Virus genome (UHGV): UHGV-0312576
DNA from: a virus
Length of the DNA stretch: 64,000 nucleotides
Reading direction: 5' to 3' (one strand)
Part shown: one piece after another, positions 8,261-16,577 of the stretch
Layout: each line of letters opens with the position of its first letter
Numbering within the stretch: position 1 is the first letter of the stretch
Made by a program: the position numbers and the translations under genes
Notes under the pieces: model-generated
What the model saw: the letters and a program-made list of their open reading frames with translations, nothing else
Databases searched by the model: none
Told to the model about the DNA's origin: nothing

Positions 8261-8623
8261 TCAAAACACGATACTTCCCCTTACTTTAACCGCAGATTCC
8301 GGTATTGATGTCCCTTCCAACGTCAGTAGTTTTATTGTCCCATTTGACGATATTAATATCATAAGAAAGCGTTTTCCTGCAAAATCATATACATAGGCGC
8401 TGATATCCTGCTTTGGGGCATATTGACTGGATATGGTTCCAATGACGGAGTTAGAGATAGCCGATGTATAGACATATACCAGGGCAGAATACATACATTG
8501 TCCATTACTATATTTCGCCACATTATGATATCCGCCTGCGATATTTTCAGGTGCCGTTGAAACACCTGTAATATTGGGAATATTATAGGTCCCGATAATA
8601 TTCTTGTTCGATAAATTGCTACA
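8261..8623 (-). CDS. silent RBP C-terminal cassette R5 (CSNLSNKNIIGTYNIPNITGVS...)
   Basis: Track ORF 8261..8659 with the CSNL junction at the inverted repeat 8611-8627. Confidence 0.65.
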   Translation of the reverse strand, partial: CSNLSNKNIIGTYNIPNITGVSTAPENIAGGYHNVAKYSNGQCMYSALVYVYTSAISNSVIGTISSQYAPKQDISAYVYDFAGKRFLMILISSNGTIKLLTLEGTSIPESAVKVRGSIVF

Positions 8624-8627
8624 TCTA
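8611..8627 (-). repeat. shufflon site R5
   Basis: ATAAATTGCTACATCTA read on the plus strand. Confidence 0.65.
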
Positions 8628-8739
8628 ATAAAAATTTGCGACAAAAATAAATCTGTCATGCTATAAATTTTATAATTATTCTTGATTTATACATTATTTT
8701 AGGTATTACATTATGTTGTTTTATATGAAGTTTGGGATT

Positions 8740-9735
8740 TTATAAAGATGCTTTTCTGAATCCGGATTTGATTCTTTCTGAAGATGTCTTTGCATAGATA
8801 CGCGTAGTTTCGATTTTTGTATGACCCAATAAGTCCTGCACAACATCGATATCTGTATGTTCTAATAGATGGCTGGCAGTAGTATGTCTAATTATATGGG
8901 GTGTTACAGGCCTTCCTATTCCAGCACGTATGCCAAGCTCCTTTATTCTATTTTCAAGAGAGCACTTACCCAATGATTTATGACTCTTATTTTCACTTAC
9001 AAATACGCCGGGACTATCATCCTCTCTTTTATCGAGATATAACTTTAAACTTAAATGCGCTCGCGGTGTAAGTAGAACAAATCGTTCCTTATCCCCCTTT
9101 CCACATACTTTGATTTGTTCCCTATCGAAATCAATATCATCTATTCTCATATTTGCAACTTCGCTAACTCGACAGCCTGTACTATAAAATATTTCAAATA
9201 AAGCCTCATCAAAGTCTGTTTTACACGCTCGCCGCATTAATTCAACTTCCATATGCGACAATGGTTCTCGAACTTTTTGTTTATATTTAATTGGCTCAAC
9301 AGCAGCGGCGGGATTTTCTTTAATATAACCATTTTGATGAAGAAATTGATAGAAACTACAGATTATAAGGCGCTTTGAATCTTTGGTACGATCTGAAATA
9401 TTATTGATTTTTGCGTATTCGTTGAGAAATATACGTATATCATCCGAAACGACATCTTTAACGTCTTTATCCAGCCACGCTACAAATGCGTTTAGTAGAT
9501 ATCTATATTGGCGTATTGTATCTTCAGATAAGCCCCGGAATTCTTTCCTTAGTATAAAAGCGTCTAATTCAGGACATCGTTTGATCGTTTGTATCGCTAT
9601 TTCGGTACACATTCGCTGAATTTGATAACTTCGCATTACGTAGCTTATTGCCTGGTCTACCATCATCAGCATCTCACTATTAAATGTTTCATTGTTTTGT
9701 AACTGCATAATAACTTCGTTCTTAAATTCTTCCAT
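8740..9735 (-). CDS. tyrosine site-specific recombinase (XerC/XerD-like), candidate shufflon invertase
   Basis: 331 aa; N-terminal SAM-like core-binding region; catalytic-domain residues visible (GCRVSEV Arg, HIIRHTTASHLL His-x-x-Arg, LLGHTKIETTRIYAKT His and Tyr). Encoded inside the site array. Confidence 0.85.
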   Translation of the reverse strand: MEEFKNEVIMQLQNNETFNSEMLMMVDQAISYVMRSYQIQRMCTEIAIQTIKRCPELDAFILRKEFRGLSEDTIRQYRYLLNAFVAWLDKDVKDVVSDDIRIFLNEYAKINNISDRTKDSKRLIICSFYQFLHQNGYIKENPAAAVEPIKYKQKVREPLSHMEVELMRRACKTDFDEALFEIFYSTGCRVSEVANMRIDDIDFDREQIKVCGKGDKERFVLLTPRAHLSLKLYLDKREDDSPGVFVSENKSHKSLGKCSLENRIKELGIRAGIGRPVTPHIIRHTTASHLLEHTDIDVVQDLLGHTKIETTRIYAKTSSERIKSGFRKASL

Positions 9736-10018
9736 ATAATTCCATCCTCCTGATTTTTGTTGCGCAAAAGGAGGCTGTCTAGTATAATAATTATAGACAG
9801 CGCTTTTGCGTTGTGGTGAGAGAGTAGATCTATGCTTTGCGAGGGCGGTGATTTACTCTCTTTTCTGTTACTATATCATAATAACAGAACACATGTTCTT
9901 TTGCAAGGGATAGAGGGGGTGCGAAAAAAGTCTTTATATATAGCAAGATGTGCTTGAACAATAAACTATTAGAATAATTAGCTGAAAATATTTTGGGAGT
10001 ATTGACATCTATTTTTAT

Positions 10019-10035
10019 ACTAAATAGCAATTTAG
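10019..10035 (+). repeat. shufflon site F7 (ACTAAATAGCAATTTAG)
   Basis: Direct read; exact inverted copy of site R6. Confidence 0.75.
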
Positions 10036-10367
10036 CATCTATTGGGACAGGAACCCAGCTTGCTACTTTATCCATGAATAATAAGTCAATAACAGGGATT
10101 TCGTTTAATGGTTATAAAACTGTCGAAATCATGGTAATTATACAGCAAGCGAGTAATGGTAATATGTTTTTTAATTTTACCCTTGTGCCATTAGTAAGTC
10201 ATATTTTAGACGGAGCACGGTACATAACAATACCAGGTAAATCATACGGATATTGCGCAAACGTTTTGCTATCCATAAATTACTCAGCTGGCACAGTAAC
10301 ATTGATAGAAGCTGATGTCAATGAGGGATTTGGGCTTAATTCAATCTACATTTTGGGACTTAAATAA
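10023..10367 (+). CDS. silent RBP C-terminal cassette F7 (NSNLASIGTGTQLATLSMNNKS...)
   Basis: Track ORF 9993..10367; NSNL encoded by the repeat. Confidence 0.65.
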   Translation, partial: NSNLASIGTGTQLATLSMNNKSITGISFNGYKTVEIMVIIQQASNGNMFFNFTLVPLVSHILDGARYITIPGKSYGYCANVLLSINYSAGTVTLIEADVNEGFGLNSIYILGLK

Positions 10368-10380
10368 TCATCTTAACTGC

Positions 10381-11205
10381 TTAACTGCTAGGAGAACCTA
10401 TTGTTGTCCATCCGCTCCAAACGCCCTCTCTCTGATGCCTGGTAAATAGGTGCGAATCTCCTACAGCCATTGCCAACTGACATAGCCATTGCTCACCGCT
10501 ACTGTATGTGATACAAAAGCCATTACCATAAACAGTATTACCTGTTTTAAACGGGGTATCCGCTGTGTTGACGTCCCACAACACTAGGTTAACCTTATTT
10601 AATACATTTACATTTATATGGCTAACGTAGTTGGACTTAAGTGGGTTAATATCATCACTGATATTACCTAAATTGCTATTTAGTTCACGAATGCTGGTAG
10701 AATTATTATCTGTCTTTTCATTGACTTTTCTGACAGCATTAGCTGTGGCCCATAACTCTGTCGAAGTTGAATCGACGCCATCGTATTTATCTGTTTTACT
10801 TAATTTTGTATTGACAAGTATTTGAAGTCCTTGAGCTACTGTTTTTGCATCTGTATTACCGAATAGGTTTGTAACTGATTTTACATTTCCAACTAAGTTC
10901 TCAAGATATGTAAACTTTTTTTTGATTTTTCCGAAAAACACCTTAACTGTTTCACCAGCGGATAAAACCGGGTTTTCATCGGAATCGGTTGGGATGGTAG
11001 ACACCTTCATCTCATCAGCATTTTCACCATCTATGGCAATGGGTAGGCTTTTGGCAGCAGTGATACCATCACCGAATTTTAATTGGCATTTCCCCTTTCC
11101 GCTTCCAGAATCTGGTGTCACTACTAATACTTCATCTTTTTCGAGTACTTTGGTTGACGCATTAGCAACAGATTTAGTTGCTCGTTTTAATTTTATTGTA
11201 TCCAT
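10381..11205 (-). CDS. receptor-binding protein (RBP) with shufflon-switchable C-terminal head domain; currently expressed form
   Basis: 274 aa with a strong RBS (GGAGGA). The constant N-terminal part is 10685..11205 (about 174 aa). The junction ELNSNLG is encoded by the inverted repeat at 10668-10684. The variable head (about 96 aa) runs 10381..10667. Confidence 0.75.
   Translation of the reverse strand: MDTIKLKRATKSVANASTKVLEKDEVLVVTPDSGSGKGKCQLKFGDGITAAKSLPIAIDGENADEMKVSTIPTDSDENPVLSAGETVKVFFGKIKKKFTYLENLVGNVKSVTNLFGNTDAKTVAQGLQILVNTKLSKTDKYDGVDSTSTELWATANAVRKVNEKTDNNSTSIRELNSNLGNISDDINPLKSNYVSHINVNVLNKVNLVLWDVNTADTPFKTGNTVYGNGFCITYSSGEQWLCQLAMAVGDSHLFTRHQREGVWSGWTTIGSPSS
10668..10684 (-). 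repeat. shufflon site R6 (active junction inside the RBP gene)
   Basis: CTAAATTGCTATTTAGT on the plus strand. Its reverse complement, ACTAAATAGCAATTTAG, is identical to F7. Confidence 0.75.
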
Positions 11206-11226
11206 TAACTTCCTCCTTCCATATAA

Positions 11227-12213
11227 TTACAATGAACCACCATCAAATACATTTTCAGCAGGTGTGGTATCAGTAAGCTCACCTCCATCAATAGTCCTAA
11301 GCCTGAATTCAAAATCCTTAAGTGCCATATCAACGCGGTCACCTTGGTTCTGTGCATATGCCCCCTTAGATTGTGCTTCAGTAGCCGCAGTATTGGCATT
11401 GTCACGGGCAGTATTAGCTTCAGCAGTGGCCACGTTTGTATCAGCAGTTGCTTTCTCACAGTTGGCGATTGCTTTAGCCGTATCGGTTTGCCGTTTATTC
11501 TCATTGGTGATTCTGGTGTTCTCTGCAACCTGGGCAGATGTGTACCAAGTGGTTATGGAGCTTTTGAGATTTGAGATTTCAATTTTTAAAGAGTTGAATT
11601 CAGATTTATAAGTTGTGATATCATTGTTGATTTGCTGTATAAGCGCATTGAAGTCATTTGTATATTTAGTTTTCATAGTTGAAAACTGATTTGTATAATC
11701 TGATATGTCAGTTTGAATTTGTTCAATTAAAGCGTTTATCTGTTCCTGAGATAAATTAAATTGCTTAATTAAATCAGGAATTACATTGGCCTGTAAAATT
11801 AAATCATTCAAAATATTAAATTCGGATGACGCAACTAATCTATCTTGATTGAGTAGAGATTTGCTTACAGTCATTTGGAATGTGAATGTAGTTGAAACAG
11901 TGATACCATCAGAATCATATATTCTAATCTCACAACTTACATCACCTTCACGAGACAGCATAGATTCATCAAATACAACATATGGAAAACCATCTTCTCT
12001 AAAATTACAGGTGGTATTAGAATAGTTGTCTCCGTTAATATAAAGAGATAAAGCAATAAGTTCTTTTCCTGAATAAGACAATGGGATATTATTATCAGTG
12101 ATAATCAGTCGTCTTACTCGCGAATTATGATCATACTGTTTAGCTTGTAAGTATCTAAATGACTGTTCGTGGGATATATCTATCCTAAAATCCTCTGGCT
12201 GAGTTTGTGCCAT
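11227..12213 (-). CDS. baseplate upper protein (BppU)-like tail protein
   Basis: 328 aa; N-terminal globular region, central Asn/Gln-rich coiled coil; C-terminal IDGGELTDTTPAENVFDGGSL motif shared with ORF 1582..2250. Sits immediately upstream of the RBP. Confidence 0.45.
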   Translation of the reverse strand: MAQTQPEDFRIDISHEQSFRYLQAKQYDHNSRVRRLIITDNNIPLSYSGKELIALSLYINGDNYSNTTCNFREDGFPYVVFDESMLSREGDVSCEIRIYDSDGITVSTTFTFQMTVSKSLLNQDRLVASSEFNILNDLILQANVIPDLIKQFNLSQEQINALIEQIQTDISDYTNQFSTMKTKYTNDFNALIQQINNDITTYKSEFNSLKIEISNLKSSITTWYTSAQVAENTRITNENKRQTDTAKAIANCEKATADTNVATAEANTARDNANTAATEAQSKGAYAQNQGDRVDMALKDFEFRLRTIDGGELTDTTPAENVFDGGSL

Positions 12214-12245
12214 TTAGCCCTCCTTTCACAAAATTAAAAAACTAC

Positions 12246-12668
12246 CTACTCAGAGAGTAGATAGTCAATTGCAAAAATATCATCTTCGTTGTCAAGATTG
12301 AAGTTTCCTGAATTATTGATAACATCTAGCGATAATTTATATGGAGCGATATCATCACATGGCATCTTCATCAACTCATCCATGTCTTTCTGAAAATCCT
12401 CGTTACATATACCAGGTTTAAGATTGAATTGAATCGTGCCATTTTTATCAAGTATATAGTAACTACCTTCCGGGGCAACTTCATTTTTTACCTTGTTGCA
12501 ATACTTTTCAAAAATTTCTTCTCGTTTCTGAATGAAAAAATTATATGAATCAGCATATAATTTTATATTTCTCATAACCCAATAATCAATTTTAAAACTT
12601 GGCTTTTTGTTTTTGATTTGCTGTAAAACCGGAATTGCTCCAGCTACTTTACCTAATGTAATATCCAA
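12246..12668 (-). CDS. hypothetical tail module protein
   Basis: 140-aa ORF; position only. Confidence 0.3.
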   Translation of the reverse strand: MDITLGKVAGAIPVLQQIKNKKPSFKIDYWVMRNIKLYADSYNFFIQKREEIFEKYCNKVKNEVAPEGSYYILDKNGTIQFNLKPGICNEDFQKDMDELMKMPCDDIAPYKLSLDVINNSGNFNLDNEDDIFAIDYLLSE

Positions 12669-12681
12669 ATATGTACCTCCT

Positions 12682-15498
12682 TTAAGTGTTTGGTAAGCGA
12701 TTAAATAGATAATCTAAAGCACTAAATATCGTATATCCACTCCACCAGTTACTTCCTATAAGTGTGGCGTCGCCATTTATTTTATTTGTTATAATTGTTT
12801 GAGCGTGTGTTTCTCCGGAACCATTAACTACTAAAACACCTCCAAAACTACACCAAGCTTGTCCTGAGCCTGAAGCAGATGCATTCCAATAATTGTTATT
12901 ACTGGTCCCAATCCAACCGCGGTCTGCTGTGGTTATCATCCATCTGCCTAGATATAGAGTGTCGGAATCTGCATCCAACGCACCAACACTAATAGCACCA
13001 CCCGTAATGATAGTACCTGATATTTGAGAACCAGTTATCTTAGATGCATTTATGTTTCCTGTAAAATTAGCTGATTTTGCTGTCAATACTCCTTGTGAAT
13101 TTACCTCAAAGTTGTTTCCTATTTTTAAACTACCGCCTGTTATAATGGCATTAGAACAGGTCAGGGCTCCCGTATTTGTTACTCTAAATGGAGCATTATT
13201 CCTGTCAGTATTACCCGCCCAGTATGCAATAGCACCAGATGTCTTATCAGAACATAAACCGATATTGCCTGATATCAATGTATTTGTAGATATGGTAAAG
13301 TCTGCGATTTGCCCAGATTTAGAGATAAGTTTACCTTCAAATGTTAATGCTTTGGCAGTGGTATCAACGTATAGGAGTTTCTTGTGGTCAATAGAAATCG
13401 AGAAGATGTTATCTGGCGTATCCGGATTGATTTTTACTTCATAGGAGCCTTTCTTTGCAATGAAGCCATCTTTGTCTATGGTATAGGAACCGGATACATT
13501 AGAGACTATGAGTTTTTCAGACATTAAAAGTTTACCAACAATTGATGGGGCGCACAATCCAAAAAAGTAGTCATTGCCCATTTTTACATATCCAAGAGCA
13601 ATACCAACAGAGTTGAAGCTGTCTTGGGAAATAGCTATTTGGTTATTGGTTATCCATATTTGCCCTGGGTCGTATATTTGTTGTTCTGACAACCACCTTC
13701 GGCATAGAATACCCGTAGAATCAATAAGAATCTCATTATTGTCATTACTAACAAGCTGCTGTTTGCTGGCGTTCAGAATGTCATTCATATATTTATTGAC
13801 ATCCACAGAAACAATAGCAGCATTTTTCCATGCGCCAACGGCATATTCGGTTTTAGATGAAACATCTTCAACTTGTTTTCTCACCTTTTCAATGAGTGCC
13901 CAGGTTTCTTTAAGCGAGTTACGATTACTGAACGTCACCTTAAAATCAGATGGATCATCCCAATTAATATGAAGTTTTAGAAGCCTTGCTGATATTATGG
14001 AATCGTGATCCTCGAAATTTATATGGATGATGTTGAACATCTCAAGTGCATTGGTAAAACGTTTATAATCGTAATCAACGGTGAAATTAATCAAATCAAC
14101 ATCTAAGGTAAACTGAGGATAACATACTCTTGACAATTCAGAACGGCCATGTTCTAGTAATGCTTGTTGCATTTCAAGAATTTCGCTATCTGTCATTGAG
14201 TTTGTAACGATAAAAGAATCATCAGTTAAGGTGTCTTCGCGGATATATGGCCCGAGTTCCTTATATAATTCTTCTCCGAGTACATTTGGCAGACTTACAA
14301 CCAAAGTGCCAATTTCACTGATCAAATTATTGATCTCAACTTCTTTATTGTTTATTTGTTGTTCTCGAACTTTTATTTCGGCTTCAATAGCAGCATGGAT
14401 AGCAGCATTTTTCTGATATTGTTCAGATTCATCTTCCCCGAGATATAAAGACATGTTTGTTTTATAGATTATTTCTTTTTCCTGAAGCTCTCGTAAACCA
14501 AATAAAGTCCAATCGGTAGAAGATTCTCCTTCATCAGGAACCTTATTTTTTAATGTATTCAGTTCATCGTAGTGGGAGAGGAGTGTTGACATTTTCTCTT
14601 GATACGCAGATTCGTTTTCCTTACATAATTCGTCATAATGAGCCAATCCAGCTTGCAGCTCCGGACTCATCATGTGAAGAAAATAGCTGAAATCATATAT
14701 CTGATTTGTGCCTGAAATATTTACGTCAAGAATTCCAAGTGGTGTATTGGTCCGCTCATCATTACCGCCGACTACTGTCAGCACAGTTTTGATATCATCT
14801 TCTGTGCTATTCATCGTTATGCTTTTTATCACATTGCGATAATTTAAGATAATGCCTGTATCTTTTCCAAGGTTTTCGAGTTTATAAGCTGAAATACTGC
14901 GCTCATAAGAATCAAATAAAAATACACACTCATATGTTTCAGAAACTTTTCCAGTAAGAAACGAGTATGTATCTACACTGTCCTCTTGAAAACTCCTATA
15001 TTCAGTTGAAATTTGGGGATCTATATATCGGATTGACCATCCAGGATTCTTTTCTAGAACAATATGCATAATCGAATGTGATGCGTCTAAAGGATTATAT
15101 AAGCAATACCGATCCAGGCCACCTTGCTCATCCTCATCAATTCCTAGAGAACCAAAGGAAGTAAGGTCCGTTTGCCCTAGTTCACATTCAATAGATAAAT
15201 ATGTTATTTCTTTGTACTCGTTGATTCCTTCATCCACTACAGATACATCACCAACTCTGAACCACCCAACGCCATAGAGATGAATATATTTTCCGTTCTC
15301 AATTTGCTCATAGAATCTTGTTTCTTCCCCATCTTCATATCGGTACACTGTAAAGGTACCTTTGTTGGCTGAGTTTGCCATTATATCCGTTTGGAGATCG
15401 TAAGTATGAAGAGCACCAATCGTTCGTTTATCAGGATAAGCCAAGTATACCTCTGGCCGATTGAGATTTTTGTAATAATTATATGTAAAAATCCCCAT
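12682..15498 (-). CDS. tail-associated protein (Tal-like / phage minor structural protein)
   Basis: 938 aa; sits after the Dit-like gene; C-terminal Gly/Ser/Thr-rich beta-helix-like repeats (TGSQISGTIITGGAISVG...). Confidence 0.5.
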   Translation of the reverse strand: MGIFTYNYYKNLNRPEVYLAYPDKRTIGALHTYDLQTDIMANSANKGTFTVYRYEDGEETRFYEQIENGKYIHLYGVGWFRVGDVSVVDEGINEYKEITYLSIECELGQTDLTSFGSLGIDEDEQGGLDRYCLYNPLDASHSIMHIVLEKNPGWSIRYIDPQISTEYRSFQEDSVDTYSFLTGKVSETYECVFLFDSYERSISAYKLENLGKDTGIILNYRNVIKSITMNSTEDDIKTVLTVVGGNDERTNTPLGILDVNISGTNQIYDFSYFLHMMSPELQAGLAHYDELCKENESAYQEKMSTLLSHYDELNTLKNKVPDEGESSTDWTLFGLRELQEKEIIYKTNMSLYLGEDESEQYQKNAAIHAAIEAEIKVREQQINNKEVEINNLISEIGTLVVSLPNVLGEELYKELGPYIREDTLTDDSFIVTNSMTDSEILEMQQALLEHGRSELSRVCYPQFTLDVDLINFTVDYDYKRFTNALEMFNIIHINFEDHDSIISARLLKLHINWDDPSDFKVTFSNRNSLKETWALIEKVRKQVEDVSSKTEYAVGAWKNAAIVSVDVNKYMNDILNASKQQLVSNDNNEILIDSTGILCRRWLSEQQIYDPGQIWITNNQIAISQDSFNSVGIALGYVKMGNDYFFGLCAPSIVGKLLMSEKLIVSNVSGSYTIDKDGFIAKKGSYEVKINPDTPDNIFSISIDHKKLLYVDTTAKALTFEGKLISKSGQIADFTISTNTLISGNIGLCSDKTSGAIAYWAGNTDRNNAPFRVTNTGALTCSNAIITGGSLKIGNNFEVNSQGVLTAKSANFTGNINASKITGSQISGTIITGGAISVGALDADSDTLYLGRWMITTADRGWIGTSNNNYWNASASGSGQAWCSFGGVLVVNGSGETHAQTIITNKINGDATLIGSNWWSGYTIFSALDYLFNRLPNT

Positions 15499-16283
15499 TA
15501 TACAATGCCTACCTTTCTATACTCACGGTATTGCAGTTCAATTGTGCAAGGGATGCTTACAGCAATTCTATTATATCCATCAACCAAGTACAGCCAGAAT
15601 TTATTGAAATCATCAAAAACTTTATGAGATGGAATAGAAGAGGAGATGTGCGGGTATCCACATTCTAATGTAAGAACTTCATCAGCGACACAATTATCTA
15701 TAGTAAGCGTATTTGGAACATCAACTAATGATTGATTTGTTAGATTGAGTGTTCCAGGCGCACTTGTTGTTATGGTTAAAGTAGGATAGATAGGTAACTC
15801 CTCATCATTGTCTACGTATAAATCTTTAATAGTGTCATTTCCTTCTAATATCCATCTCTTATCTCGTATGTCGGAAAAACCAAATGGAGCATTAGTCGTT
15901 ACAGTAAACTCCAATCCAACAGTGTCACAAATGTAAATAGATTTAGGATTATTAATATTGGCGAAGAACCATGTATCCGCATATCGTTTATCATAAATAC
16001 AAAATGGCTTGTATTTTCCTCTTTGACACATCCACTTTTTTAACGCTCGTTCTTGGATGGATGAAATTGGAGAGAAGTCTTTATTTACAATTTGTATGGT
16101 AAACGTTAATGGTTTTGTATATTCATGGGATGTAATATGAAATATATCCCCTCTGATAGATTTTTCTGTTTCTAATTCAGATTCTTGAGCTGATATGGTT
16201 TCCATTCCAGGCGATGAGAAAGAAACACATGTTACCCCGTATTCATTACAGGGGATATTGTCAAAAATAAATCGGTCAAACAT
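15498..16283 (-). CDS. distal tail protein (Dit)-like
   Basis: 261 aa; follows the TMP region and precedes the Tal-like gene; start overlaps the neighbouring stop. Confidence 0.45.
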   Translation of the reverse strand: MFDRFIFDNIPCNEYGVTCVSFSSPGMETISAQESELETEKSIRGDIFHITSHEYTKPLTFTIQIVNKDFSPISSIQERALKKWMCQRGKYKPFCIYDKRYADTWFFANINNPKSIYICDTVGLEFTVTTNAPFGFSDIRDKRWILEGNDTIKDLYVDNDEELPIYPTLTITTSAPGTLNLTNQSLVDVPNTLTIDNCVADEVLTLECGYPHISSSIPSHKVFDDFNKFWLYLVDGYNRIAVSIPCTIELQYREYRKVGIV

Positions 16284-16361
16284 TTTATCACATCCTTTCT
16301 GAAAATTTTATTATAATAAAATAGACTACCAAGGTTATATGGCAGTCTATTGATTCTAAAA

Positions 16362-16577
16362 TTACTTTTCTGGGTTAGAAATGTTTTTAAAAAGTTTTTC
16401 ATCTTTTTTTTGTATCTCTATGTAGGCTGAGAAAGTATTATCTTTTTTATCTTTATCTATTGAATTAGATAATATTTTTAGTATGCTATTAGCCGTTTTT
16501 AAATCGCCAATATCAATAGCAACGGCAGCAGCGGAAAAAGCATCGATTTTTGAAATTTTCATATATTTACACCTCAA
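16362..16577 (-). CDS. small hypothetical protein (moron)
   Basis: 71 aa; Lys-rich; translationally coupled (ATGA overlap) with ORF 16574..17695. Confidence 0.3.
   Translation of the reverse strand: MRCKYMKISKIDAFSAAAVAIDIGDLKTANSILKILSNSIDKDKKDNTFSAYIEIQKKDEKLFKNISNPEK

Noticed and set aside
4066-10684. Could the repeated GTAGCAATTTA motif be a CRISPR array or a diversity-generating retroelement?
   Set aside because: The copies alternate in orientation, are separated by 0.4-1.4 kb of coding DNA rather than short spacers, and sit in frame inside cassettes. No reverse transcriptase or template/variable repeat pair is present. The pattern fits site-specific inversion instead.
4066-11205. A serine invertase (Gin/Cin/Hin-like) as the driver of inversion
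   Set aside because: No roughly 190-aa resolvase/invertase-like ORF with the N-terminal catalytic Ser motif was seen in the window. The only recombinase within the array is a tyrosine type (8740..9735).
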